Positions 20,671 to 30,330 of a stretch of DNA of 64,000 bases are shown here, piece by piece (position 1 is the first letter of the stretch; each line of letters begins with the position of its first letter). The position numbers and the translations under genes are program-made. Under the pieces are notes generated by a model. The model worked only from the letters and a program-made list of their open reading frames with translations, ran no database searches and was not told where the DNA came from. Origin of the DNA: an uncultured bacterium (lineage in GTDB: Bacteria; Actinomycetota; Acidimicrobiia; Spongiisociales; UBA5794); assembly GCA_963801165.1 (NCBI GenBank), contig CAWDDT010000004.1, positions 480,001-544,000 of the forward strand, in the 5' to 3' direction.

Positions 20671-21965
20671 CGGATCTTCAGATCAAAGGCGGAACAGTCA
20701 TAACGATGGACGACGAGCGCTCTATCGTGGAAGCGGACGTCTATGTCGACGCCGGGCGGATCGTCACGATCGGTGGTCCGCAACGTCCTGCCCGCAGGAC
20801 AATCGACGCTACCGGGATGGTCGTCATTCCGGGGCTCATCAACCTTCACGATCACTTGCGCGACCTTACCCCAGGGATCCGGATCGGTGAGGGCCTCAAG
20901 ATCGACGAATTGTTGCGGGCCTACTGGCGGCTCACCGAAGCCATGGGTGTTGTTGAGTACCGGGTCGGTGCAATGCTCGGCGCCGCTCGCCTCGTCAGGG
21001 CCGGTGTCACCTCGGTGGTCGATCACGTGTATCCGTTCCATGTTCCCGGACTGGCGGAATCGACGGTGGCAGGTTATGAGGCCGTCGGCATTCGATGGTT
21101 CATGGCCCGCGGCATAATGACCCAACCGTACGAGCCGATTTGCGAAACCGAGGCCGAAGCCTTCCGGGGAATCGACGAGCTCTCCGAGATTGTGCCCACC
21201 GAGCGCCTGTTCGTAGCACCGGTGTCGCTGCGACAGGCACCACCAGAGCTCTATGCAGAGGCTCGGCGGTTTGCTGACCAGCGGGGCCTGCGTCTCTACA
21301 CCCACATCGCCGAGACACCCGACGAGGTGACCAAGACGAGGGAGGAGTATGGTGCCCGCCCCGTCGAGTTACTCCACAAGCTCGGATTCGCCGGCGAGGA
21401 CACCGTCTTGGTCCATTGCGTTCAGCTGTCTGCGCAAGAGATGCGTCTTCTGGCTGCGAGCGGCAGCCACGTGGTTCACTGCCCCACGAACCACATGAAG
21501 CTTGCCAAAGGAGTGACCGCCGTCCCGAAGCTACTCGAGCGTGGCATCAACGTGGGGATGGGCGTCGACACAATGGGTGACATCATCGCCGAGATGCATC
21601 AGGAGGTATTGATCCAGAGCTTGGCCACGGGAGATCCGGGTGCGATTGACCCCGTAACGGCGCTGGAGATGGCTACCCGAAACGGCGCTGCCGCTTTGGG
21701 ACTGGCGGATGAGCTGGGATCCATCGAGGAGGGCAAGCGGGCGGATTTGGTATGCGTCGATCTTCGCGCCATCCATCTGCGGCCAGTCCTCGATCCGATC
21801 TGGACGCTGGTGAATCGCGCCCAGGGACACGATGTCGCGCATGTCGTTATCGATGGCCGCCTTGTCGTACGCGCCGGCAAGCTGACCATGGTTGACGAGC
21901 CGTCACTCATGGAAGAGGTAGATACCGTCGCATCCGCGTACCTCCGCAGGACCGGCATGGCGTGA
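20667..21965 (+). CDS. Amidohydrolase, Atz/Trz/MTA-SAH deaminase-like
   Basis: PGLINLHDH, THIAET, LVHC, HCPTNHMKL, GVD, GSIEEGKRAD. Confidence 0.87.
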   Translation: MTDLQIKGGTVITMDDERSIVEADVYVDAGRIVTIGGPQRPARRTIDATGMVVIPGLINLHDHLRDLTPGIRIGEGLKIDELLRAYWRLTEAMGVVEYRVGAMLGAARLVRAGVTSVVDHVYPFHVPGLAESTVAGYEAVGIRWFMARGIMTQPYEPICETEAEAFRGIDELSEIVPTERLFVAPVSLRQAPPELYAEARRFADQRGLRLYTHIAETPDEVTKTREEYGARPVELLHKLGFAGEDTVLVHCVQLSAQEMRLLAASGSHVVHCPTNHMKLAKGVTAVPKLLERGINVGMGVDTMGDIIAEMHQEVLIQSLATGDPGAIDPVTALEMATRNGAAALGLADELGSIEEGKRADLVCVDLRAIHLRPVLDPIWTLVNRAQGHDVAHVVIDGRLVVRAGKLTMVDEPSLMEEVDTVASAYLRRTGMA

Positions 21966-22131
21966 CCAGCATCGCCATTCGGATCGTCTCCTGCGGGGCC
22001 GGACAGCGCTTGGCGTTTCCGTGTCTCTTGCGTGCCGCCAATGATCGGACCGACCAAGAAGGGCCTTCCGGCCGTATTCAGTGGTGTCGCTCCGCGATAC
22101 CGTTATATCATCCATTAGGGAGCAGGACGTG

Positions 22132-22389
22132 ATGGCATCTGTAACCAGATTCGGCGTCAGTGTCGTTGATGGCGACGGCATGCAGGTACCTGGTTTGCAA
22201 CTCGGTGCCCGTTTCAAGTACGACAGCGAGCCAGCGTCGTGGGACTGGGAGACAACCGATGGATATGGAGTGGCCACCTTCTGCGACGAGCATCTCGAGC
22301 CTCCGCGCGAGGTGAGCATCTATGTGGGCGACACCTTCTGCGATAAGTTCCCAGTCGTGGATGGCGCAAACCTGGTCTTGGAGATGTGA
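22132..22389 (+). CDS. Small acidic hypothetical protein (possible prealbumin-like beta fold)
   Basis: 85 aa; purine-rich upstream region; TTDGYGVATF motif. Confidence 0.5.
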   Translation: MASVTRFGVSVVDGDGMQVPGLQLGARFKYDSEPASWDWETTDGYGVATFCDEHLEPPREVSIYVGDTFCDKFPVVDGANLVLEM

Positions 22390-22509
22390 TCGGCGCTAGC
22401 CGGTTGCATTCCCTAGGCGTACCGCGCATCGCTGCGGTGCGGCCATTTCATATTGCCAATTGTCACTCGGAACGAGTCGTGCGGTCGGGCCGTCGCCTCA
22501 GCTCCGTTA

Positions 22510-22610
22510 ATAGTCGGGTGGAAAGGACAATGGCAAGCCCAAGCACCTGCCGGTACTGGCGGCGATAGAACGCCTCGAAGCTCACGCTGGCCCTCACTAC
22601 CGGCAGGTCA
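22510..22610 (-). pseudogene. Remnant of an ECF sigma-70 factor N-terminus
   Basis: SFEAFYRRQYRQVLGLAIVLS resembles the start of ECF region 2; the frame then degenerates; bounds approximate. Confidence 0.45.
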
Positions 22611-22750
22611 TCCACCAGGCTCGACTCACCCCATATCTGAATCGTTGCCACGCCTAGTAAAAACGCATCAGCTACACCATTTGGGGGACACCGGCGCAAG
22701 GAGGAGGCCGGGACTCGCGTGATGGGGCGGCTTGGTCCGGGCTTCTTTGG

Positions 22751-23158
22751 TCAGCGGTCCGGGTGGGGGACGGCGACGACGGTGAGCCCGTCGATCCCCG
22801 TGAAGTCACGCGGGGTGCGCGTGTGGAGTGGTAGATCGTTGGCGAGGGCGATGGCGGCAATCATTGCGTCGTAGGCGCGGGTTGCCGGCTTGCGCCCGGC
22901 TCGGCGTAACCCGGCGGCAACTTGGCCGAAGCTGCGAGCAGCGGCAGCGTCAAAGGGAAGCGGATCGAAGTCGGCCTCGGCGTGCTGGAGGTGCGCCTGC
23001 CGGGCGGCCCGTTCCTCGTCGGCCGAAGCTACGAGTGGTCCCACCGAAAGCTCGGCGAGTGTGATTGCCGTTATTACTGGCTCGTCCGGAAGTGGGTCGG
23101 TCTCCCGAAGACGTCCGAGCAGTATGAGTGTGCTGGTATCGAGTATCCCGCGCGCCAT
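22751..23158 (-). CDS. vapC: VapC PIN-domain toxin
   Basis: ILDTS, ITLAEL, LPFD, YDAMIAAIA, RDF. Confidence 0.9.
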   Translation of the reverse strand: MARGILDTSTLILLGRLRETDPLPDEPVITAITLAELSVGPLVASADEERAARQAHLQHAEADFDPLPFDAAAARSFGQVAAGLRRAGRKPATRAYDAMIAAIALANDLPLHTRTPRDFTGIDGLTVVAVPHPDR

Positions 23159-23161
23159 GAG

Positions 23162-23398
23162 CTAGACGGTGGGGTCGAGGATCTGGTCGAGATCTTGGCG
23201 CAACCGGTCCGGGTCTAGGAACGAGAGATGCCGACGTCGCCCAAGAATGACGCTGAGCGACACAGGTTCGCGACCGAGGCGTCGGATTTCGGCGACTGGT
23301 TTCCCCGATCGTGTGATGGTGAGTCGCTCGCTTTTGGCAGCGCGGTCGACCACGTCGCCGCCATGGTTGCGTAGGTCGCGGATAGATACTTCTGACAT
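23162..23398 (-). CDS. Phd/YefM family antitoxin
   Basis: MSEVSIRDLRNHGGDVVDR...ITRSGKPVAE; 78 aa, 3 bp upstream of vapC. Confidence 0.88.
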   Translation of the reverse strand: MSEVSIRDLRNHGGDVVDRAAKSERLTITRSGKPVAEIRRLGREPVSLSVILGRRRHLSFLDPDRLRQDLDQILDPTV

Positions 23399-23408
23399 AC
23401 CCCAGATG

Positions 23409-23424
23409 GTATTACGCGTGATAC
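23409..23424. promoter_or_regulatory. Probable toxin-antitoxin autoregulatory operator (GTATTACGCGTGATAC)
   Basis: Near-palindrome 10 bp upstream of the antitoxin start. Confidence 0.55.
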
Positions 23425-23695
23425 AAGCATGGAAGGCAGCCGAGTTGACCTCACAGATCAATGATTCCCGAGTGATGAGACACATTTCGGAGGGTGCGCG
23501 AATGCGGCGTGCGGGAGCAGGCTGTGTTGGCAAGGGCGGCTTCGGGCTGCATCGGCGGCTCCCAACGAGATGCGTTCTACTGGCGGCGAAGATCCCCGCA
23601 CCGCGTTTGGGCGGCACCCGGGCCGAAACGCCGCCGGATCGCATAGACCGCCGGGTTGTCTCCGAGTGGCTGCTCAGGGAGGACGTGTTCTCGGC

Positions 23696-24490
23696 TCAGA
23701 CGTCGGTGTCTGCCCACCACAGGCGGAGCACGGTTTCACACCCCAACCGGGCGAGACGATCGATATGGTCGGCGCCGTGCTCCAACTGGTCTTCGGGGTC
23801 GAAAGCACCTTCGTCCCCGCTCACGCGGAGCACGTTGTCGAGAACCACGGCTGCGCCACCGGAACGTAGTCCCCAGACGCGTGCCAGCACGAAGATGAGG
23901 CTCGCCTCCATCTCGGCGGCGACGACGTTGAGACGCTTCAGGTCTTCGAAATGATCGCGCCACCATCCTTGCCAGAAGCTGTTGAAGGACGATCCCGGCC
24001 TCGGATGGCGGGCATAGAAGGTGTCCGCCGAGCGCGTCGTTCCGATGTGGTACGTCAGCCCGAGAGCCTCGGCAGCATCGGCCGCCGCAGCGACAACGTC
24101 GTAGCTGGCCACCGCCGGGAACTCCGGTGGGGCGTAGCCGTGGGAAGCGCCATCGAGCCGTACCGCCGAATCGAAGATCGCCATGTCGCCGTTGGCGACG
24201 GTGTCTAGGAACGTGCCGCATGTGCCCACCCGGAAGAATGTCGTGGCCCCGCAGCGGGCGAGCTCTTCCATGGCGATCGACGTCGACGGCGCACCGATGC
24301 CGGTCGATACACAGCTGATGGGCGCCCCTTTGTAGCTGCCGGTGTATGTGACGTACTCCCGGTTGCTGGCAACATGTCTCGCCTCGTCCCAGAACGAGGC
24401 GATTGTCTCTACCCGACCCGGATCCCCGGGCAGAAGGACATACGGGGCGACGTCGCCGGAATCGATCTGCAGGTGGTACTGCACCGCCAC
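23696..24490 (-). CDS. udp: Uridine/nucleoside phosphorylase
   Basis: QYHL, LLPGDPGRV, STGIGAPS, RVGTCG, EMEAS. Confidence 0.85.
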   Translation of the reverse strand: MAVQYHLQIDSGDVAPYVLLPGDPGRVETIASFWDEARHVASNREYVTYTGSYKGAPISCVSTGIGAPSTSIAMEELARCGATTFFRVGTCGTFLDTVANGDMAIFDSAVRLDGASHGYAPPEFPAVASYDVVAAAADAAEALGLTYHIGTTRSADTFYARHPRPGSSFNSFWQGWWRDHFEDLKRLNVVAAEMEASLIFVLARVWGLRSGGAAVVLDNVLRVSGDEGAFDPEDQLEHGADHIDRLARLGCETVLRLWWADTDV

Positions 24491-24656
24491 GGGGATCTCC
24501 TTCGTTGGCTCTGTCTCAACCTAGCTGAGCAGGCCACCCGTGGTTTGGTCTTGACCTCCGGGTATGGAGTTCGGTAGGTCCGCCGACCCTTTCTCGCCAA
24601 CTGCCTCGTCCGGACGCCGGAGATCGTCGAACCCACGGCTTCCCGGCGATGGTGCC

Positions 24657-24796
24657 GCCCTCACCGCCTTCGCTTCGCTCGGCACCCCTCCCAGAGGGAG
24701 AGGGATTCACCCTCCCTCTGGGAGGGTCGGGCGCCCGAAGGGCAGCCCGGGGAGGGCCTTCGCAGCTTCGCTCAGCCGTCAATTCCTGTTGACGGC
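24657..24796. repeat. REP-like palindromic repeat cluster A
   Basis: GCCCTCACC..CTTCGCTTCGCTCG.CA..CTCCCAG.GGGAGAGGGA and ACCCTCCC..GGGAGGGTCG hairpins, also present at 27590-27860. Confidence 0.65.
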
Positions 24797-24881
24797 GAAG
24801 GTGGACCCTGATCGTCCAGAAGACGCCAGGGAATCAGCCTCCCGACGTATTTCGGCGCAGGGAGTGGCAGACGCAGCCGCG

Positions 24882-27494
24882 CTATTCGTCGAGGATGTCG
24901 TCGGTGTTGAACCACTCGAGCGTGTCGAAGTCCTCCGGCGGTGGGGGAGGCGTCGGTTCCTCGGGGCGGCTGTTAGCGCGGGTGGCTAGAGGCGGAGGCT
25001 CGTCTCCCGGGGCCGCCTGCTGTGGCTTCCAGGTGCGGTAGCGCTCGATGATCGTGGTGTCCGCGTCATCGTCGTTGTTCCAGCTATGCGCCAGACGGTC
25101 CTTGAGATCGGTCCAGGTTGCTGTGGCGTTGGGAGGGTTCTCTCGCAGATACATCGGGACCTGTTTCGCCCAGCCGACCGCACGCAGGGTGAACATCATC
25201 ACCGTGCCCGTGATGGCCACCACGCCGATGGCGGCCACGAGCACGACGGCGCGGGGCAAGTCGAGCTCGAAGAATCTCTGCGAGGCACCGGAGAGAAGGA
25301 GCAGCGTCAGCAGCGCGATCATCGCCCCGATCAGGATCTTTTTCCACGGCAGAAGCGGGCGGCTGACGATGCCGAGGGCAAACAGCCCCACCGCCGCCAG
25401 CACCAACGTTGCTGTGGTGCGGGCTTGCTGGAGCGATACCTCCTCCGTGATTGCCAGCTCGTAGGCCGCATAAGTCGCCAGACCGGCGGCGAGGCCTGTC
25501 GGGAGCGAGAAGCTCAGCACCCGGCGTACGAACCCACGGCGGGCTCGCTCGGCGCTGGGAGCCAGCGCCAGGAAGAAGGCGGGGAGCCCGATAGTGATGG
25601 TGCCCACCAGCGTGAGGTGGCGGGGGAGGAACGGGAATGGTCTGCCGGCGAGCCCGACCGCCAGAGCGATAAACACGGCGTACACGGTCTTGGTGAGAAA
25701 GAGGTTGGCAACCCGCTCGATGTTGGCGATGACCTTCCTGCCTTCAGCGACGACCTCGGGCAAGGTGCTGAACTGGCCGTCGATGAGCACCAACTGGGCC
25801 ACGGCACGGGAGGCGGCGCTGCCACCGCCGACGGCCACCCCGACGTCCGCATCCTTCAGTGCCAGCACATCGTTGATCCCGTCGCCGGTCATCGCGACAA
25901 CGTGGCCGCGTGACTGGAGCGCCTGGACCATCACCCGCTTCTGATGCGGGGTCACCCGGCCGAAGACGGTCCCCTGCTCGATGGCGTCGGCAAACCCCTC
26001 GGGGTCGCGGGGCAGGTTGCGGGCGTCGACAGCCTCAGCCGAACCGGGCACACCGACCTCGCGGGCGATGGCTGCGACCGTTTCCGGATGATCGCCAGAG
26101 ATGACCTTCGCCTGCACACCCTGAGCGGCGAAGTAGCGCAGCGTCGCCGCCGCATCCGACCGGATCTTGTCGCCGAGTGTCACCAAGGCTGCCGGCTTGA
26201 GTTGCCGCGGTAGCCGGTCGCCGCTGAGCGGGTAGTCGGTCCATGCCAACAGGACGACCCGGTTTCCCTGCTCGGCGAGTTGCTCGGCATGGTCGTTCAC
26301 CCTGGCGTTGCTGGAGAGGACGATCTCGGGTGCGCCCAACACCCACGTGCCTTCGCCTGCGAAGGAGGCTGCGCTCCACTTGCGGTCGGAAGAGAACGGG
26401 ACCACACCCGTGTTGTGCCACGTGTGCTGGGCGGGATAGCGGGCTGCGATTGCCTTGAGGGTCGCGTTCGGCTCCGGCTCGGAGGCGACGAGCGCACCCA
26501 GCGCCGCTTCCGGGTCCACGTCGCCCAACTCGATGACCCCGCGTACGACCAGGGTCCCTTCGGTTAGCGTTCCCGTCTTATCGAAGCACACGGTGTCGAC
26601 CCGGGCGAGACCCTCGATGGCAGGCAGCTCCTGCACCAGCACGTTGCGTCTTCCCAGCCGGATCACCCCGACCGCAAACGCCAGAGATGTCAGGAGCACC
26701 AGGCCCTGGGGGATCATCCCCACCGCACTGGCGACTGCGGAACTGAGGGCGTCGTGCCAGCCCGTATCGAGACGCATCTGGGTCCACAACAGCAACAGGA
26801 TCATCGGCCCGACGATCCACGACACACCGCCGATGATCCAGTCGACGCCATCGCGCAATTCGGATCTGACCAGCACGAACTGCTTCGCTTCCTTCGCCAG
26901 GGCGGCCGCATAGGCGTCATCGCCGACCCGGCGGGCACGGAACCAGCCGTTGCCCGCGACGACGAAGGAGCCCGAAAGACAGGTTTCGCTCTCAGACTTG
27001 GCGACGGCGTCGGATTCCCCGGTCAGCAGCGACTCGTCGATCTCGAGACCGCGGCTCTTCGTCACCGTTCCATCGACAGGTACCTGGTCCCCGGTGGCGA
27101 GTGCGATCAGGTCGTCACGCACGATCTGGTTGACCGGGATCTCGATCTGGCGGCCGTCACGGATCACATTGGCCACCGGTGCCGTCAGCAGGGCCAGCCG
27201 ATCGAGCGTCCGTTTCGCCCGCAGCTCCTGGATGATGCCGATGGCGGCGTTGGAGACGAGCACGAACCCGAATAGCGCATCCTTGGGTTCCCGAATCACC
27301 GCCAGGACGACGACGAGCAAGATCCCGAGCAGGATGTTGAACCGGGTGACCACGTTGGCTCGGACGATGTCGGCGGTCGTCCTGGCGGCGGTCTCCGTCA
27401 CCCGGTTTACCTGCCCGGCGGCCACCCGCTCGGCCACCTCTGCCGAGGTCAAACCCTGCGGGCCGGCCGCAACCTGTTGCGTTTCCGAGGTCAT
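24882..27494 (-). CDS. Cation-translocating P-type ATPase (CtpE-like)
   Basis: LTGES, FDKTGT, TGDGINDV; TM4 MIPQGL. Confidence 0.92.
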   Translation of the reverse strand: MTSETQQVAAGPQGLTSAEVAERVAAGQVNRVTETAARTTADIVRANVVTRFNILLGILLVVVLAVIREPKDALFGFVLVSNAAIGIIQELRAKRTLDRLALLTAPVANVIRDGRQIEIPVNQIVRDDLIALATGDQVPVDGTVTKSRGLEIDESLLTGESDAVAKSESETCLSGSFVVAGNGWFRARRVGDDAYAAALAKEAKQFVLVRSELRDGVDWIIGGVSWIVGPMILLLLWTQMRLDTGWHDALSSAVASAVGMIPQGLVLLTSLAFAVGVIRLGRRNVLVQELPAIEGLARVDTVCFDKTGTLTEGTLVVRGVIELGDVDPEAALGALVASEPEPNATLKAIAARYPAQHTWHNTGVVPFSSDRKWSAASFAGEGTWVLGAPEIVLSSNARVNDHAEQLAEQGNRVVLLAWTDYPLSGDRLPRQLKPAALVTLGDKIRSDAAATLRYFAAQGVQAKVISGDHPETVAAIAREVGVPGSAEAVDARNLPRDPEGFADAIEQGTVFGRVTPHQKRVMVQALQSRGHVVAMTGDGINDVLALKDADVGVAVGGGSAASRAVAQLVLIDGQFSTLPEVVAEGRKVIANIERVANLFLTKTVYAVFIALAVGLAGRPFPFLPRHLTLVGTITIGLPAFFLALAPSAERARRGFVRRVLSFSLPTGLAAGLATYAAYELAITEEVSLQQARTTATLVLAAVGLFALGIVSRPLLPWKKILIGAMIALLTLLLLSGASQRFFELDLPRAVVLVAAIGVVAITGTVMMFTLRAVGWAKQVPMYLRENPPNATATWTDLKDRLAHSWNNDDDADTTIIERYRTWKPQQAAPGDEPPPLATRANSRPEEPTPPPPPEDFDTLEWFNTDDILDE

Positions 27495-27589
27495 AGAGAG
27501 AGCCTACAGCAGCGGGGTTTGTCCGCCCTCGGTGTCGTTGGCCGTTGCTGGTTCCACCGGGTATGCCACTCAAAGTGTGTCGTGACGAG

Positions 27590-27858
27590 GCCCTCACCTG
27601 GCTTCGCTTCGCTCGCCATCCTCTCCCAGGGGGAGAGGGAAAGATCACTGTTGTTTCTTGTGGTGGCGGGATCAGTGACCGTCCCTTGCGGGGGGTGGGG
27701 ACGGCGGTGGGCGTCGTGTGTCGTTCTCCCTTTGTCCGGGTTGCGCCGGGCCGATCTCCCCGAGCTGGGGGATCACTGTTGTTTCGTGTGGTGGCGGGAT
27801 CAGTGACCCTCCCCTAGCGGGAGGGTCGAGGGAGCGTAGCGACCGAGGGGAGGGGAGA
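27590..27858. repeat. REP/BIME-like mosaic B with two 38-bp direct repeats
   Basis: GATCACTGTTGTTTC(T/G)TGTGGTGGCGGGATCAGTGACC at 27643-27680 and 27771-27808, interleaved with GC hairpins. Confidence 0.7.
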
Positions 27859-27995
27859 AACAACGGCGGTCGCGATGTCCTGCTCCCTTGAGAACCGCTC
27901 GGGTGTTTACGGATTGTGGCCGATGAACTACACTGTTGTAACTTCCCGAGTGTAACTTCTGCAAGATGCTGGACCAGGAGTAAGGGGCAGCCGAT

Positions 27996-28385
27996 ATGGC
28001 TATGGCGGTGCAAGTCGGTCTGATCGGAACCGAGCGTGTGGTCGATCGGGTCTTGGCAATTTATCGCGTACATCTGGAGCGGGCCATCGAGGTGCCGCTC
28101 GGCGATATGGTCGATCGCGAGATTTCCCTCGATGCGGCTCGACTCTCCGTCGTGGCCGCAGGTGACAGCAGGACGGCCGAGATCGTGGTGGACCAGACGG
28201 TGCAATGTGCCGAGCTGACGACGGCACTGTGGTCGCTCGAAGATCAGGGCTGGCGGGCCACCGTCGTTGTGCCCACCGCACGGCTCGGTGAGGCGCACAC
28301 CGCCCTGCGTGGGGTGCCGTGCCGTCTCCAGGGATGGTGGGAGGATTCCACCGGAATCTGCTTCGGCAGCCACGAGCTCCCGTAG
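27996..28385 (+). CDS. Hypothetical protein
   Basis: 129 aa ORF with purine-rich RBS region, co-oriented with downstream genes. Confidence 0.55.
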   Translation: MAMAVQVGLIGTERVVDRVLAIYRVHLERAIEVPLGDMVDREISLDAARLSVVAAGDSRTAEIVVDQTVQCAELTTALWSLEDQGWRATVVVPTARLGEAHTALRGVPCRLQGWWEDSTGICFGSHELP

Positions 28386-28427
28386 GCCACTCCGCAGAGT
28401 CGCAAGCGTGTTCTCGGCACTACGCTG

Positions 28428-29387
28428 ATGGAACTGATGCCTGTTCCCCTGCACACACAGACAGTCATTGCGTTCATCTGGGACTTCGATCGCACGCTGA
28501 TCCCGGACAACATGCAGTGGCCGATCTTCCAGGAATACGGTGTCGACGAGGCAACCTTCTGGCGAGAGGTAGACGGCCTCATCGACTACCACAAGGCCCT
28601 GGGTGAGACCATGGGGCGCGGTCTCGCCTATCTCATACATATCCTCAGCTACGTCGAGCAGGGTGTCTTCAAGGGTTTGAGCAACCGCAAGCTCCGTGAG
28701 CTCGGGGCGAAGCTCGAGTTCTGCCCCGGTATCCCCGAGTTCTTTGCGGAGACCCGGAACCGGGTCAAAGACATTCCGGACTTCGCCAAGGAGGACATCA
28801 GCGTCGAGCACTTCGTCGTCTCGACCGGGATCCGGCCCATGATCGAAGGGTCGGCCATCGCCCCATACGTCGATGGGATCTGGGCGAACAGCTTCATCGA
28901 GCAGACCGCCCCGGCCGGCTTTCTCGACCAGCTTCCGGTCGCCGGCAAGAGCGGCGAGATCAAGTACATCTCGGATTACATCGGCCACACGTCGAAGACC
29001 AGGGCGCTGTTTGAGATCAACAAGGGTGTCAACGTGAACCCGTCGGTCGATGTCAACGCCAGGATGTCAGAGTCGCAGCGCCGCGTGCCGCTGCGGAACA
29101 TGATCTACATCGCCGATGGGCCGAGCGACGTCCCCATGTTCTCGATTCTCAACAAGGCGGGCGGCAAGACGCTCGGGGTGTACAACCTCGAGCCCCGCAA
29201 CAATCATCGCCAGGTCAAGCAGCTACAGGAGCAGGGCCGTATCCAGGGGATGGCCGAGGCCGATTACCGGCCCGGTAAAGCCGCCCATCTATGGCTGATG
29301 GACAGCCTCGATCAGATCGCCTTCGAGATCGTAGAGAACCGGAGGTTGGCCTTCGCCGAGATCAAGAACCCGCCGGGCCACACCTGA
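28428..29387 (+). CDS. HAD-superfamily hydrolase
   Basis: WDFDRTL (DxDxT), VVSTG, IYIADGPSDVP. Confidence 0.85.
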   Translation: MELMPVPLHTQTVIAFIWDFDRTLIPDNMQWPIFQEYGVDEATFWREVDGLIDYHKALGETMGRGLAYLIHILSYVEQGVFKGLSNRKLRELGAKLEFCPGIPEFFAETRNRVKDIPDFAKEDISVEHFVVSTGIRPMIEGSAIAPYVDGIWANSFIEQTAPAGFLDQLPVAGKSGEIKYISDYIGHTSKTRALFEINKGVNVNPSVDVNARMSESQRRVPLRNMIYIADGPSDVPMFSILNKAGGKTLGVYNLEPRNNHRQVKQLQEQGRIQGMAEADYRPGKAAHLWLMDSLDQIAFEIVENRRLAFAEIKNPPGHT

Positions 29388-29400
29388 GGAGGAACCGACA

Positions 29401-30258
29401 ATGAGCATCGACAAGGTAGGGGTCGTAGGCGGGGGCCAGATGGGCGCCGGAATCGCCGAGGTCTGCGCCAAGGCCGGTGTCGACGTGGTCGTCCACGAGG
29501 TCACCGAGGAGTTGGCGGCCGCGGCGCAGGCCCGGGTCGAGAAGTCGCTGGCCAAAGCGGTCGACCGTGGCAAGTTGAGCGGCGAGGATCGCACCGCGGC
29601 GCTCTCCCGGATGAGGTTTGTCTCGGATCTCGGTCTCATGAAGGACCGGCTACTGGTTGTCGAGGCCGTCGTCGAGAACGCGGGCGTCAAGGCCGACGTG
29701 TTCGGCAAGCTCGATGAGATCGTTGCCGCACCGGACGCAATCCTCGCTTCCAACACGTCATCGATCCCCATCACCAGGATCGGTCAGGCGACGAGCCGGC
29801 CCGGGTCGGTGGTGGGGATGCACTTCTTCAACCCTGCGACCGTCATGCCGCTCGTCGAGATCGTGCACAGCGTCACCACAAGCGACGATACCGCAGCGCG
29901 GGCAACCGGGTTTGCGCAGGAAGTACTCGACAAGGTCGTGGTGCACACCAAGGACCGGGCGGGGTTCATCGTCAACATGCTGCTTTGCCCGTACATCTTC
30001 GAGGCGATCAAGATGTTCGAGTCGGGGTTTGCCACCCGGGAGGACATCGATGCGGCGATGGTCAACGGCGCCGGGTACCCCATGGGGCCGCTGACGCTCA
30101 GCGATCTCATCGGTAACGACACCATGCTCGCCGTGGCCGAGTCGTTCTACGAGGAATACGGCGAGGCCCGGTTCAAGGCTCCTCCCTTGCTCAAGCGCAT
30201 GGTCGAGGCAGGAATGCTGGGCAGGAAGAGTGGCCAGGGCTTCTACTCGTACACCTGA
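29401..30258 (+). CDS. 3-hydroxybutyryl-CoA dehydrogenase
   Basis: GGGQMGAGIA, EAVVEN, ASNTSS, GMHFFNP, GYPMGP, LGRKSGQGFY. Confidence 0.92.
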   Translation: MSIDKVGVVGGGQMGAGIAEVCAKAGVDVVVHEVTEELAAAAQARVEKSLAKAVDRGKLSGEDRTAALSRMRFVSDLGLMKDRLLVVEAVVENAGVKADVFGKLDEIVAAPDAILASNTSSIPITRIGQATSRPGSVVGMHFFNPATVMPLVEIVHSVTTSDDTAARATGFAQEVLDKVVVHTKDRAGFIVNMLLCPYIFEAIKMFESGFATREDIDAAMVNGAGYPMGPLTLSDLIGNDTMLAVAESFYEEYGEARFKAPPLLKRMVEAGMLGRKSGQGFYSYT

Positions 30259-30330
30259 GGCCGATCGGCCGGAACTTGCGTACTTACGTCGCCCTCACGG
30301 GTGTACGCCAGAAGGGTGGACGGAGGCCAT

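Noticed and set aside
24520-24640. Possible DUF559/endonuclease remnant beside the REP cluster (TRQLARKGRR)
   Set aside because: Similarity limited to a few basic residues; no downstream family motifs in any frame
27643-27808. Two 38-bp repeats as a mini CRISPR array
   Set aside because: Only two repeats, a 90-bp spacer made of GC hairpins, embedded in REP-like elements, and no cas genes in the window
27937-27959. TGTAACTTC direct repeat upstream of 27996
   Set aside because: Two short copies at 14-bp spacing and no other occurrence noticed; not enough to call an operator
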